From assembly GCF_009914755.1 (NCBI RefSeq), contig NC_060935.1: 64,000 nucleotides of DNA. One strand, given 5' to 3'. Source of the DNA: the human T2T-CHM13v2.0 reference genome, Homo sapiens. Below, in pieces: positions 31,570 through 44,552 of the stretch; the first letter of the stretch is position 1, and the number at the start of each line of letters is the position of its first letter. Position numbers and translations under genes: made by a program. The notes beneath the pieces were generated by a model that was given only the letters and a program-made list of their open reading frames with translations, had not been told where the DNA came from and ran no database searches.

Positions 31570-31980
31570 GGCAAGTTGCTTCCTGTCTTTGAGCCTCAGA
31601 GTGCTCTTCTGAAAAATGGGCATAAAAATAGCACTGACATCTTCGTTCATTGATTCACTCAGTCAGCACATGTTTATTGAGCACTTACTAGGCTAGGGTG
31701 TAACATACAGCTCCAAACAAGTGAAGCCTCGCAGTGGTGTTCAGAGGATTAGATGAAGTGATACCTATAATTTATTTAGCACAATTACTAACATACATTA
31801 TGGACTCTATATAAATATTAGCTAAAACCTTATGTCTAATTTTTGTGGTTAGTCCTATGATTATCCCTATTTTAGGGAAGAGGAAACAGGGAAAGGTATT
31901 GCCCATGGCCACACAGCCAGGAAGTAGCAGAGCTGGGATTGAATCTGGGCTGCCTGACTCTAAACCCCACTCTGCTGGTT
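31570..31980. mobile_element. MIR and L2 fragments
   Basis: tttattgagcacttacta (L2 tail); ccctattttagggaagaggaaacagg...gcccatggccacacagccaggaagtagcagagctgggattgaa (MIR). Confidence 0.7.
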
Positions 31981-32475
31981 CCCACATTTAATCTGGGGCT
32001 GTGTGTGGCTCCTCTGAGCTCCCTTTAATATTCTCCAGAGGACCTTGGATCAACTTGGGTCACTTCCTCAGGCCTTCCCCATCTGAATGCTCAGCCTCCT
32101 CCTCCCCCAGAGTCCCCGACTCCTGCAGGTTTGGTCCTGGCAGGGACTGGCTGGGAAAGTCAGTGGTCATCAAGAAGCCAACAGTGATTCAGGGCCGTAA
32201 GAAGGTCCCAGGCCCAGCTCCCTCCTGCTACCACCTGGGGTTGAGACCCGCTAGGAAATGGAGGCCAGAGCCACCTGGCCCTGGTCCCATCCTGAATGTC
32301 CATCACACTTAGCTGGGACCACTGAGCTCAGGCCTTTCCTAAGGGTCTGTGAGGGGGAGAGGGGGGAGCATTCGAGGATTTCTCTCTCAGAGAGAATGTG
32401 GGCCCCCATCTGATTGAAAGGGAGTTGTGGGACGCATCTTGAAGTTGAGTTTCCATAGCAAGCTCTCTGTTTCTG

Positions 32476-32856
32476 CTGAGGCACAACTGGGCTCCTCAGA
32501 GCCTCAACGATGCTCTCAACCTGGCAGGGGGTGCCCTAGCCGTATCCTCCACTCCTCCCAGCCCATCCTGGGACACTAGGTGGGACTTAGTCACAGCCGG
32601 GGCCGAAAACTATATGCCTGAAGACGGGCTCAGGTGGGTGAATGGCCTCTGTGAACTGCAGTGGGACTGGGGGCCCATCATCATATTGACAACCAGACAT
32701 CTCTGCACCTTCAGGCATGCAGTGCTCGGCCCTGGCTGTGACTAAGTCCCACCTAGTGTCCCAGGATGGGCTGGGAGGAGTAGAGGATAGGGCTAGGGCA
32801 CCCCCTGCCAGGTTGAGAGCATCGTCGAGGCTCTGGGGAGCCCAGTTGTGCCTCAG
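32476..32856. repeat. 148-bp inverted repeat with 85-bp spacer
   Basis: 32476-32623 is the reverse complement of 32709-32856 with 9 mismatches and no gaps by manual alignment. Confidence 0.95.
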
Positions 32857-33419
32857 ACCGCCAGGCTGCAGCTGAGGGTTGTACCAGCCCCAGCGGTGAC
32901 AGCAGCGTATCCATGGTGTGCCTGGGCAACCTGGAGAAAGCTCTGTGCCCGCCAAGGGCTGGAAAAGTTTCGGCCACCGTGGAGAAAGCTGTGGGCCGCA
33001 TGGGAAAAAGTTGTAGCTCCTCAAACTTTTCTCACTGTGAGCTTATGGCTCTCTGTCCCTGAGGTCAGCTGAGTGATTTGCCAACAATTAGGCCATAATG
33101 AGCTGGACCTCAGTGGCCTGGGAGTCTCCCAGGGGTACTTGGGCTCAACAGGACACCTGGGGCCCAGTTACAGCAGCCTGAGCTGATGCCAGGTCCAGCT
33201 GCGACCTGAGCCCCAAGGATATGGGCCTGCCCCATGTGACCACTTTGCTTGCATGGCCAAACTTTTAATGAGTGAAAATGGCTACTTCTCTTACTTGCTG
33301 GTAGCCCAGGCATGCCACCTGGGTCCTGCCTGCTCACTCCTTAAAGAACCAGCAATTTCTAAAATATGACTTGCTGCAGTTTAAGTGATCAGCTAATCAA
33401 CAGGTTATGTGGGGTCTAG

Positions 33420-35225
33420 ACGCTGCCCCACTGTGTGACCCTGGACTGAGCCCCAGGCCTCTCTCAGTCTTAGTTTTCAGCGATAATAATCACAGGCTTG
33501 GCGTGAGGCCCAGATGAAAATAACACAAACTGTAAAGTGATGGTTCCTTTCAAATGATCATTATTGTCCTTAATTATTGCATCATATTAGCCTGGCCAGG
33601 ACCTTGACTCTGACCCTCACTCCTGGTGAATGAGAGCCAGCTCTGACCTGGGTGCTCAGAGGCAGCTGCATGGCCCCTCCTGGCTCTGCTGGCCACTGGC
33701 CTGCCCTCTGCTCCAGGCTGGGCTGGCCTAGCAACCACACTGTTTATAGGTCTCTCTTGGCTCAACTATCTTTTTTTTCTCCTGCTCTGTTAACACCCTA
33801 GGCCTGCAGACGGGCACCACTGAGAGTGTTAAGAGCCCTGATATTATCAAGTCCAGTCCTTACTGCATAGATGGGAAACAAAAGCCCAGGGAGAAGCAGG
33901 GTCTGAGCTGGAACTCCTTCCTTTCCCGGGGCTTAGTCACAAGAAGGCTTCATGCGTATGCAGTACTTTAGTGTCGTCTGGCCTTCTCGGCAGCCCTGTG
34001 AGGGTAGGTAGGCTGGCACCCATCTGTCCACTCACTTACTAAGCTTGCAGATTCTAAAGCCAGACTGACTGGGTGGACATTCTGTCTCCACTATTTACTA
34101 GGCATGTCTCTGTGCCTCAGTTTCCTCAAATGGGAAAACACTAGTAATTACATCATATGATTGTTGTGTTAAATGAGTTAGAATCTATATGAAATGTATA
34201 GAACATGGCCTAGGGCAGGCTCTCAATAATTAATATCAGCTATCCTTCTGGTTATGATTCAGTCATTCAGTCAGCAAACATTTATTGAGCTCCTACTGTG
34301 TGCTGAGCTTGGTAGTGCTAGAACCTGGGGATATAGCAGTGAAGAAGACTGATTTTTGGAGCTCAATTTTGTGAAGGTGAGGGAGACAGACACATGAAGC
34401 CATAATTTCAAGACCAAGGATTTGGCAGGCTGAGGTGGGGGATAAGCAGGGGAATACAGTGGAGGGGCCTTGATCCCGTCTAGGGGGAGGGAGGCACAGT
34501 CAGGGAAGTCTTCTCAGAGGAGGCAGAAGAAGAAGTGGGCATTGGGCCCTGTGCAAAGTGCTTTATATCCAGGATGTTAGTCTATCCTCACACAAACCTG
34601 TGAGGTAGATGAGGCGCTCTTTTTACTGAAGAGGAAACTGATGGTTATTTGTCTAAGGTCACTCAGCCAGTAAATTATTAGGTCAGGGTCCAATCCAGGG
34701 TTGTCTAACCCCAAATTTTGTCCCTTTTCTTTTTCTATGAGGGTGTTTGTGGCGGTGGTTATGATGGACAGATGGGGGAGGAGGTCCTACGCAGACAGGA
34801 GGCACTCACAGGAAATTCTGGCTTTGCTGATGAGGGTGCAAACCTGGGGTTTCCTTTCCGTGGCTGGTACAGAGGCAGGATACCACAGTGGGTACCAGGA
34901 CAGGCCCTGCCCCTGGCTGCCTGGGTTCCAACTCACTTACTATTAGTGTGGTCTAGAGCAAGTCACTTAACTGCTCTGTGCCTCAGTTTCCTCCTCTGTG
35001 CAATGGGGATAATGATAATGGCAAGCACTTGCGTAGCACTTGTAAGGGCTTTCTTTTAAGGATTTTACATCTATTACTCATAGGATCCTCAGATTCTGTG
35101 TCTTTTTTCCTCAGATGGCCATAATACCTGGGTAGCTTTAAGGAATAAATTAGTTAATATACGGAAGGCACTTAGAACAGTGCTTGGCACATAGGCAACG
35201 CTCAGTAAATGTTAGTTATTCTTAT
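33420..35225. mobile_element. Cluster of MIR and L2 relics
   Basis: Repeated ctctgtgcctcagtttcctc (~34110, ~34975), gaggaaactga (~34630), cattcagtcagcaaacatttattgagctcctactgtgtgc (~34265), gcacttagaacagtgcttggcacatagg (~35170). Confidence 0.75.
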
Positions 35226-35394
35226 TCAGCACCACAGAGTGGAGTCCCAGGAGGCTACAGACAGAATTCCTAAAAATAATGAAGATGATTATGATAACAC
35301 TAGCAACAATAAAACATGCCCTCATAGTTTTACAGCACTTTTTAGGATACAAAGACTCCCACAGCTATTGTTTCATCTGAGACTGAGGAGACAA

Positions 35395-35682
35395 CTGTGT
35401 CTAAAAGTGTACACAGAAAACACTTTTTAAAAAGACATTCTTATTAGCATCCTGTGGGATGTCTTTTTTAAAAGTGTTCTCTGTTCAAATAAGTTTGGAA
35501 AACACTGAATCAAACCAAGTTAAACACTTTTCTTCTTGGAGAGACTCAAGCTCACTAAACGTTGTCAGACCCCACAAAAGCAGAGGGAAGTACAACATGC
35601 AGTGTTTCCCCAAATTATTGGGCCATGAAATCCTTTGTTCTGAGGAGTTGTGACTCCTGGAAGACACTTTCTCAAACACTGG
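35395..35682. mobile_element. Probable hAT-Charlie type MER relic
   Basis: cagtgtttcccaaa / tttggaaaacactg terminal-repeat-like motifs; subfamily not identified. Confidence 0.45.
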
Positions 35683-35686
35683 GGTA

Positions 35687-35825
35687 GGCCGGGCGTGGTG
35701 GCTCATGCCTATAATTCTAGTGCTTTGGGAGGCTAAGTGGGAGGATCACTTGAGACCAGGACTTTGAGACCAGCCTGGGCAACATAGAGAGACCCTGTCT
35801 GTACCAAAAATAATTAAAAAAGAGA
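35687..35825 (+). mobile_element. Alu monomer (FLAM-like)
   Basis: Single arm with A tail; TSD aaacactggggta at 35674-35686 and 35826-35838. Confidence 0.9.
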
Positions 35826-35839
35826 AAACACTGGGGTAA

Positions 35840-36040
35840 AGAGCTTTGGCTTTGTCACTGGCTGTGTGCCTTCAGGTCAAGTCATATGAATCTAGGCCTC
35901 AGTTTTCCCATATGTAAAATGGGAATAAACGTACACTCATGATGGGGCCATCAGTGTTGTAAGAACTAAATGAGGTCACTGGAGTAACGTACACAGCCTA
36001 ATTCCTGGCAAATGGACAATAAACGTTAGATTATTATCGC
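35840..36040 (+). mobile_element. MIR
   Basis: ggcctcagttttcccatatgtaaaatgggaataa...taaatgag...cctggcaaatgg. Confidence 0.8.
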
Positions 36041-36154
36041 CGTGACACCCCTATGAAATAACACCATTATTTTCCCCACCCAGATGGGGAGCTCAGTAGG
36101 TAGCTCCGGGGCCCTTCACTTTAGTGTGTCAGTGGAGCACCCTCACATCCCAGG

Positions 36155-36985
36155 CTGGGCGCCAGAGGGCGACTGGCTCTTTCCCTTCCCTCCCCATTCC
36201 CTTTTAAAGATGGATGAGGCCTCGGTTCAATGAGGGCCCCAGGCAGGGGACGGCCACACCCAGGTTTTTGGAGGGGCCGGGGAGGGCGCGTTCGGGGATG
36301 GCACTGGGAGTGGGCAGGGCTGACGCCCCTTTGCCCCCAGCCCGGTCTTCCTCTACGGCGACTTCGCCGCGGGGCAGTGCGGGGAGGCGCTCAGTGTAGA
36401 GCTCGTGGGGGCCTCCGCTGACAGCGGGGCAGGGACTGGGAGAAGGGCGGCGGCGGAGCAGGTCGCGGGCTGGTGCGGGGCCTGGGGGCACTGCCGAGCC
36501 TACACTGCGGCGGCCGCGGCGGCGGCAGCGCGACAAGTTGCCATGGCCCGGCTGCCGCAGCTGCCCTCCCAAGGGTCTCGTTAGCTCTGCTTGGCCGGCC
36601 ACCGCCGACTCGGCCCTAGGGACCCCGGCGACCTAGCAAACAGCCGATCCGCCGGGCGCTGACGAGGCTCGGGGGAAGAGGGCGGCAGTCCAGATGGCGC
36701 GCAAGTGAGTGCCAGGCCGCGAGGATTTGCCGCCGGGACCCAGGGCGCACTAGCTAGGTGCGCCGCCCACCCGCGGCCTCACGGGGGCGCCCGAGTCCAC
36801 TGAATGAGCCCGGCGGGGCCGACAGCAGCAGTCGAGCGCGGGGGCGCCACTCTGACCGCCGCTCGCTGGTCTCCTTGCCGGGGCCTGAGCGGGGGCTGGG
36901 GTGGGTGCCAACGAGGAAAGCACAGTTGATCTGCAAGTTAGTGGGCGGGGAGCCAGTAGGGAGGGACTGCGGAGCCGCGCTGGTC
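36155..36985 (+). promoter_or_regulatory. CpG island / probable promoter and first exon
   Basis: ~800 bp of very high GC and CpG density in non-repeat sequence; GC boxes (gggcgg), NotI site gcggccgc, donor-like CAA|gtgagt at 36704/36705. Strand inferred from the donor only. Confidence 0.85.
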
Positions 36986-37579
36986 CTGATTCTTCCTCAC
37001 TCAGCTATTTTAATAGCAATGAAATCTTGAAGGAGTGCTCTGAGGCTGATAGAGCTGTAGGAAAAGGTCTTGGGCGTTCAGATTTTTGGATGCTTCGTAT
37101 TTTTCAACTTTATTATCTGGCAACAGTCTTTAAAACTCAATGACCAATTCCAGTTCTAGCCTTAAACCCAATTAATCCTTAACTATGAAAGCAGCATCCT
37201 AAAGTCTACTTTCACTTGTTAGCGGCATCTGTGGAAGTAGCCGAGGGTCTCAGGCAGTGCAGTAGCTCTCTGAATAGCCTCTCTTTCCTGAGAAAGGGAG
37301 CCTCAGCTGCTGTGCCCACCAGGCCTGGTGGGAGCGTGCGCTCACTGCGTAATAGAGCAGGGCTGTGCTTGTGAGGTCCCTTTGGCCCAAACTGTCCAGG
37401 ATCTGCTGCCTGCCTTTCCTTTTTGTTGTATCGTTATTGCTTTGGCCCAGAAAGCTCTGATGCTACCTGCCTGCAAATAGCTCATCTTTACTCAATACCC
37501 GGGTCCTCACCCCTTTATACTGTGCCCCCTCTGGACTGTGATGCCTGATGCTTGTGTGGTCAGATTGCATTGACAAGAG

Positions 37580-37748
37580 ATCTCTTCCTTGTCTTATAAG
37601 GGCACTAATCCCATCAGGAGGGTCCCACCCTCTTGACCTAGTCTAAACCTAATTACCTCCCAAAGGCCCCACCTCCTAATACCTCATTGGGGGTTCTGGC
37701 TTCAGCATAGGAATTTGGGGGGGCACAGAAGACTTTAATCCACAAGAG
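37580..37748 (-). mobile_element. MaLR LTR fragment (MLT1A/MST-like)
   Basis: tcttataagggcactaatcccat...acctaattacctcccaaaggccccacctcctaatacc. Confidence 0.8.
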
Positions 37749-40700
37749 ATGGGTTCCTGACAGTAGTAACCACTCCCCATCCACCCCTGAGTGCTGGTAG
37801 TCAGGGTCACGTTAGACTGGAGTGGTATAGAGAAGACTTCACCACTCTGTAGAAAAAGGCAAGAAGTCTTAACTGAAAGGGAAGTTTCTGGTCCCTTTTT
37901 CAAAATTACCTCCCTGGCTCTTTAAAATGCTGTATTTTATAAAATGTTTTCGATTTCCCTTTCAGATGTGCAGGCCAACCTCAAGGTGTGGGTTGCTTAG
38001 ATTACAAAGGAACTTGAATTCTTTCATGTTTTTGTTTAAAGTATCACTATCATCATCTAAAGCCAAGATTGGCTGCTTTGAGGACCTTTTCTGAACCGTG
38101 TACTAGGATAATAACTCTGAAGGAGACTGTTCTTGGAAAAGGCTGATGTTGGGACCTTGCTAGCCATTTTGGAATTAGGGAATGAGGTGTATTGGCATGA
38201 GCAGCAGCACTTTTGTGGCTGTCAGGCAGAGATTTTCTTTTCTTTTTTCCTTTATAAGTCACCCAACCCAAATTGTTATCAGGCAGATATTTTTATAGGG
38301 GTAGTGGGAGGCAGTTCCCAAGTCCCCTGTCCCTCTCTGCACCTAGTCTACCCTCTAAGATTGCAACCATCATAGCATCTTCTTACACATTACAATGCAG
38401 TAAACTTGGGCACATTGAGCACCAGTCATGGCCGCTGTGTTCCTGAAGGTACAGAAGTGGCACTGGGGCCAGGCTGCTGTCTGGAAAATGTTAGCCACTT
38501 TGGTGGTACTGCCCTTCCGACACCGCCTCCTCACCTCCCCCACCCCTACACACAAAAAACAAGACAAGTAGAGCAAACAAACCACTTCTCCAGGTAGACA
38601 GACCTGCAGGTCTGCTCATGGTGACCCTCTCTTTAGCCTGCATTGTTTCCAAGGCCTTCAGCTGGCCTATTGCTTGCTAAGGGCCCACACCTTGGCAGGA
38701 GCTGAAAAGAGAGGATTTCCTTTTGCTCAGGGGAGGAGGGTCTGTCCTGGGTTTGCAGAGATAGGCTTCTTGTCTATGCTGCTGAAGAAAACAAACTAGA
38801 CAGGAGTCAGATGTGGGCTCTACCTTCTTGCTCAGTCTCTAATTCACTGTGGCCTTGGGCAGATCAGTTCTCCATCCTTATTAGTATCTTGGGTGGAATA
38901 CTCCTTAAGGAATCTTTCAAGTATTGAGTGCCCCCATCCCCCCACCACCTTCCACAACCAGGCCTAGGTGAGGCAGGAAGGAAGAAAAGAGAGTCTGGGT
39001 GCAGAGTGTGTAGTATGCCTCACAGTACAGCCTGCAGGAAGGCCTTGGATAAGAAAGGCTGAGTGATATTCCAGGGGGTGGGACAGAACAGAGTGTGGTT
39101 TGGGTGGGAAGATGACCTGGTGAACCTCAGGTTCTCTCAAGGCTTTACAGAGGTGGGAGCAGGGCCATGGGTAGGCTGGCTACAGTATCCCTGCTGAAAG
39201 GGAATACTTGTTGGTACAAACTCAGCTCTTGGGGCAAGGATCATATGAACTTGCGGTCATGAAAGTGTAAGTAGGGTAGAAATATGAGGAAGGGAGAGGC
39301 ACTTGGTCATGGCCAAGGCTGGAGTGTCATTAATGTGTGGGGGTTGAGGAAGCAGGTCACAGGATTGTTGGATGGCTCATTCTACAGTCCTGTGCCCTGG
39401 GAGCCCGTCATGTGGGAGACAGGTGGTGGATGTCAGGAAGAGCTAGAGGTGGGAAGGGTAGGCTTGATATTTAGACTATGTGTCAAGTAGGGCAGGGCCA
39501 GTTACTGAAATACTGAAACACTAGTTGTCATTTGGAAATGGCTGAGGCCCCAGGCTCCCTGAGGCCCCCAGCCACCTTGGCCTTGGAACCTTGCTGGTGC
39601 TCACTGGCCCATACACTGTCTGCCCAGTGTATTCCCTGGGCTCTGACCCCAGTCCCTCTGTGTCCTCTTGACCAGGGTATGCACCTGGACCTCAGTGGGA
39701 ATTCACTTCCCCAGGGGAAGTGCTGGAATCCCCATATACACTTCTGGCTCCTGAGGCTGTGTCTGCTGGATGGTGCCTCCCCAGTGTCACTGTCCCGTGG
39801 TGGCTTGTGGGAACCCTGCCTGCACTGTGAACGGTATCAGTCGTTATGTATGCTGACAATCACCCCTGGTAAAGGAAGGGGACAGTAGGGTGAAGAATTC
39901 TGTTTTGGGTGCCTGGCCGCTTTGCAGCGGGGACAGAGGGCAAGACCTGGCAGGCCTGCAGTCTTCCTCGGCTATCGTGAAGAGGGTTGTGAGTGCCAAA
40001 TCCATCCCACAGGGAGATCCCAGAGGAGACTCTGGCACCCCCTCTGCCAGAGGGCAGGCCCATGAGTGCGGCCCTGCAGACCAACAGTTTCTTACCCTCC
40101 TTCCTTCGCGAGACCTGGCACAGCTGCCTGCCTTACTCCTGGGAGCCGAGTCCTACTGGGAGCTCGTTCCTGCCAAGGCTGGGATCCAGTCCCCCTCTCC
40201 CCTCTGTGGGCACTTGGCAGGCCGAGGTCCCTGCTTCCCTCTGCCAGTTCCTGCCAAAGCTAATCTCCCTGCGGCCTGTTCCTGGCAGTGGTTGCACGTG
40301 GGTGTCTCTGCTGGGCAGGCCTGCTTCCATCACTGGCACGGACCCCATTTCCCAAGAATCCTTTTTGGGTGGCACAATCCCAGGCAGAATTCTCCCAGGA
40401 GGTTCCTGAGTGCCTCCCTTGCTGGTTCAGCACCTGATCACGTTCCTGGATTCCCCCTGAACTCCTCCAGTGTCTGCAGGATGCTTTTCAGTTCACAAAG
40501 CACTTTCATATTATATCTCATTAGATGCTCAGCAGCCCCTCAAACAGCAAGTGGTGCCCTTGAGCCTGCAGGGCCCTGGAGTGGGCAGATTTCCTGAACC
40601 ATCTGCTCTGACTCTGCCTTTGGGCCAGTGGAGAGGCCTTTGTGAGACCAAATCTTCAGGTTCTCGGTGGGGCAGGTGGCAGTTCAGTAGGAGGTGGCCT

Positions 40701-42794
40701 CGGGCCTCCTCTTCTGGGGAAGGTGTCAGAGAGGGGTCAGGAGACTATGTAGCCTCTTGTGGCCCCAGTCCCCTGATCAAAAACCAATAGGAAAAGTCTC
40801 TTAGAAGAGAAACAGCTTTTGGGTTAATCTGTAGGGGCAGTGAGAAAGGGTTGGGGAGGTTGGGGCCCAGCTGGGCCACGTGGATTCGATCTTGGCTTAG
40901 AGTGGGCACAGGAAGCTATGTGATGAAGGGGAGCCCCTAGGGAGGAATCTGGGTACAGGGGATGGGGCTGGAATCAGCTACCTGGTCCGTAAGTTGTGTT
41001 GTTAAATTTGGAGAAAAACTGTTTTCCAAAAATGGAGGTAAATTGAAGTTTGTAAGAGCTGGTGAATAAGCCATGCCTCCTTGGTGGTTTGGAGCAAGAC
41101 GTTTTCCACGCAGGCCATTTCATCAAGACTCAGTGGTAATTTGGGATTGCCTCAGCTCTCCCAGCTCGGCTGCCTGTTGCTGTCAGTGGGTCTGGGGGGC
41201 CTCAGGGCTGCAGAGGCTTGGTGGTATGGGAGTCCTTCACCTGAGGGCTGACGTGCCTTTTGGGGGTCTGGAGCATACTTCCAGGAGACAACCTCTCTTC
41301 CTCCTGTCACCTCTGCTCCTCCCTCAGCCTCCCTGTGTTCCTTTAAGCAGGGGGCGTGGGAAGAATTTCTTCTGAAGCAACTGATGTTCTAAATTTGAGA
41401 GAGGGGAATAGCATCGTGTGGCCTGAAGTTAGCAGCCCAGAGGCTGAGGGCTGTGGCTCTGGCAGGTGCTGGTGTCCAGGGTGCAAGGAAGACTCCAATG
41501 TCCAGAGGACTCTCATGAAGGTGACTGGGAGCAGACTGTGGTGGAGGTGACAGCTCAGGGAGGAAGATGGGATTGTCAGGACTCAGTTCTTTGCTGGAAG
41601 AGACTTCTCTTCCATGGGGTGGTGAGTCCAAGTGAGACCTTGGTTCCTCTTCCTGGGTAGAATCCTCCCTTCCATTGGGATTATCCTAAAGGTCCACCCC
41701 ACTGACTCCTAGCGGCCTCTTTCCTGGTAAGGAAGTCTGATTGGCTTTTGGCTTGGCTAACCTGAGTCACTTCTTCCAGAGCTGTCCTCATGCTGCAGCC
41801 ACTGCTGTCCCACAGCAGCTGTGGGTCATCCTTCAGCTACAGATCCTCCCATTTTCCTTGTCCCCCCATCAGTGTGCGTGCACACTTCTGTGTATGCAGG
41901 TTTGGGGTAGGCTTGGTCTGCAACTGCGGGGGCCATGCGCAGTTGAGTTCAGTCTGGTCATGCCACAGAATTATTTACACTGAAACCCTAAAACCCTCTA
42001 GCGAAAGGTTAGATCTTTAAGTCAGACTTGTTTGGCAGGTCAGTGAGATGACAGGGAGGTTTAAGACCTGAATTGGGGGATGGGGCACAAAGGAGTCGTG
42101 GCTGTTTCTGGATCTAAGGCCTCTGTAGGGAGGTGAGATCCAGACTGGGTAGAGGCTGGTGATTCTTCTGGAGCCAACTCTGTGCCAGGCCCTATTGTGG
42201 CTGTGGAGGAGCATAGTTAAAACTCTGTGCTTTCCAGGACTTGAAGTCTGTGCACTGCCCTTACTACGATAAACAAAGGAATGAAAGTTCCTCTCCCAGG
42301 TCCATGATTCAGAGGGCTCTTAGGGGTATGTGTGTAGGAGGCGGTTTGCTGCTCATGCAGACATTTGGAGAAACTCTGGTTCCATCTCGTCACCCCCACA
42401 CCAGCATCCAGGAAGACATATGGGCAGACTGGTGCGGGCCAGCAGGTGTGGGGATGCTTCTTTGCTGTGAGCTTCTGCCAGGTGTTAGAGAGGGAAATCG
42501 AAGTGTCCAGCTGCCCCAGAGCTGGGAGTCCTTCAGATTTACCAGAACTTTCTGATTACAAAGACTTCCTGCTTATTGTTTTGATTCTTAGGATTATAAT
42601 CTTACTTTTGCTTTCCATGCTCACATCCCCAGTCTGAATCTGGGGCTGCTTCTCACCACTGCCAGCCTCAAGGCAGAGAAGGCAGGCTCCTCTCCCATTT
42701 GTGTTCCCTCTAAATGGTTGCATAGGTACTCGCTTGCAGAACCATTACTACCAATAGTGGAAAAATGAGATGGGGAGGGCAATATACTTTTATT

Positions 42795-42900
42795 CTTATT
42801 TTATTTGAGACAGGTTCTCATTATGTCACCCACACCCATGCTGGAGTGCATTGGTGTGATCACAGCTCCTGGGCTCAGGTGTTCCTCTTGCCTCAGGCAA
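42795..42900 (-). mobile_element. Degraded Alu fragment
   Basis: tttgagacaggttctcattatgtcaccc...gctggagtgcattggtgtgatcacagctc. Confidence 0.75.
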
Positions 42901-44482
42901 TTTTAAAAAAATTTCACACTTGATTGGCCAAGAACCTCCCCTCCGACCCCCACAACAACCTACCCAGCATTTACTCCTCAGTCTGAGGACACGTCCCTCA
43001 CATCAGCCCCTCTGCTGTCTTGAAAGGCTCACCTCCTGGAAGCTGGCTCCTCCCTGATTCAGGGCCCAGCACAGCGTCGGAAAAATGGAGCAGTGCTGCC
43101 CACTGTGTTCGAAGGCCTCCCTCCTCTGTTTTATTCTGGGCCCCTTGGGCAGGGCTTACATCAGAGCCAGTCCTCCTTGGCTGATTCAAAGGGACAAACT
43201 CCTGGGTCAGTCCTGAGGACAAGGAATAGTGAGTGGGTGAGGGAGGGGCTGGCAACAACTGGAGTGTGTCTGGCCACAAGCTAGACTGTGGCTGCAGCTG
43301 ATGGCCATCATCAAGCTGGCGCCAAAGCTGCCCTCCTGCCCAGGTTTCCAGAGATTCTCTAGCTAGTTCTCTTCTCTGTTCTTTGGAAGATTTACTGCCT
43401 TATTCCACCGCTTTAGTGGTTATCCTACAATTTCCTACATTTTTCTTTGACTTAAATAAGTAAAATCTTTACTCCTTTTCCTGAGCCATTCAAGGAACTT
43501 GGGTTATTTTAACTTTACTTTCCTCCTGCCTTACATGATTTTCTTTTAAAAACTTAATTTTATTTATAATTCCAGAGTTATAGAAAATTTGTAACAGTTG
43601 GTGTACAGTATTTCCATATATCCCCTCTCAAGTTCCATATATATTAATATTTAACTACATATACCTTATAATTCTTTCCCTCCCCAACATCATTTTTTTC
43701 TGAACTATTTGATACTGATCTACATATATGTGCTGTGTTACCCCTAAATATATCCTTGTGTATTTCCCAAGATATAAAAATATTCTCATAAAATTATCAC
43801 ACAGTTATCAAAAGCAGGTAATTAAGAAGACACAATGCTATACTCTAATTTACAAACCTTATTCAAATTTCACCGAATGTCTTAGTTATGTCTTTATAGC
43901 CAGAGAAGGAAAAAAATACATATTTTTCTTGTCTAGGATTTAGTCTAGAATCATGTTACATTTAGTCATTTCTAGTCTTCTTTAAGCCGATTTCTCTTGG
44001 TCTTTCTTTCACTTTTCTTTTTTGAGGGGTACAGGACAATTATTTTGTAGAATGACCTTATTTGGGTTTGTCTGATGTTTCCTCATGATTAGATTCCAGT
44101 TATGTATTTCTGGCAGAAATGCCACAGAAGTGATATTGTGTCCTTCTCAGTGCATTGTTATCAGGAGGCACATGATGTTGGTTTTTGTCCCACTGCTGGA
44201 GATAATAACTTTGGTCACTTGGATAAGGTGGTGTCTGCCAGGCTTTGTCTGCCATTGCAAAGTTAATATTTTCATTTGGTAATTAAGCTTTGGGAAATAC
44301 TTTGAGATGATATAAATATTCTGTTTCTCATCAGACTTTACCCACTAAATTTTAGCATCCTTTGATGATTAGTGTTTGAGGTATAATGGTTGTAAAATGG
44401 TGAATTTTCTGCTTCCATTATTTCTCATACATTTATTAGTTGTTACTCTACTGTAAGGAAGAGTTTACCTCCCTCCCTCCCA

Positions 44483-44552
44483 ATCCATCCATCCATCCAT
44501 CCATCCATCCATCCATCCACCCGCCCATCCATCCATCTACCTACCCACCCAT
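44483..44552. repeat. (TCCA)n tetranucleotide repeat
   Basis: atccatccatcc run seen directly. Confidence 0.92.

Noticed and set aside
36204-37030. Arg/Pro/Gly-rich ORFs across the CpG island
   Set aside because: Stop-codon scarcity in GC-rich DNA; no protein family recognised.
39890-40597. 235-aa ORF on + strand
   Set aside because: Starts at GTG, no recognisable domain, several overlapping ORFs on both strands as expected in GC-rich non-coding DNA.
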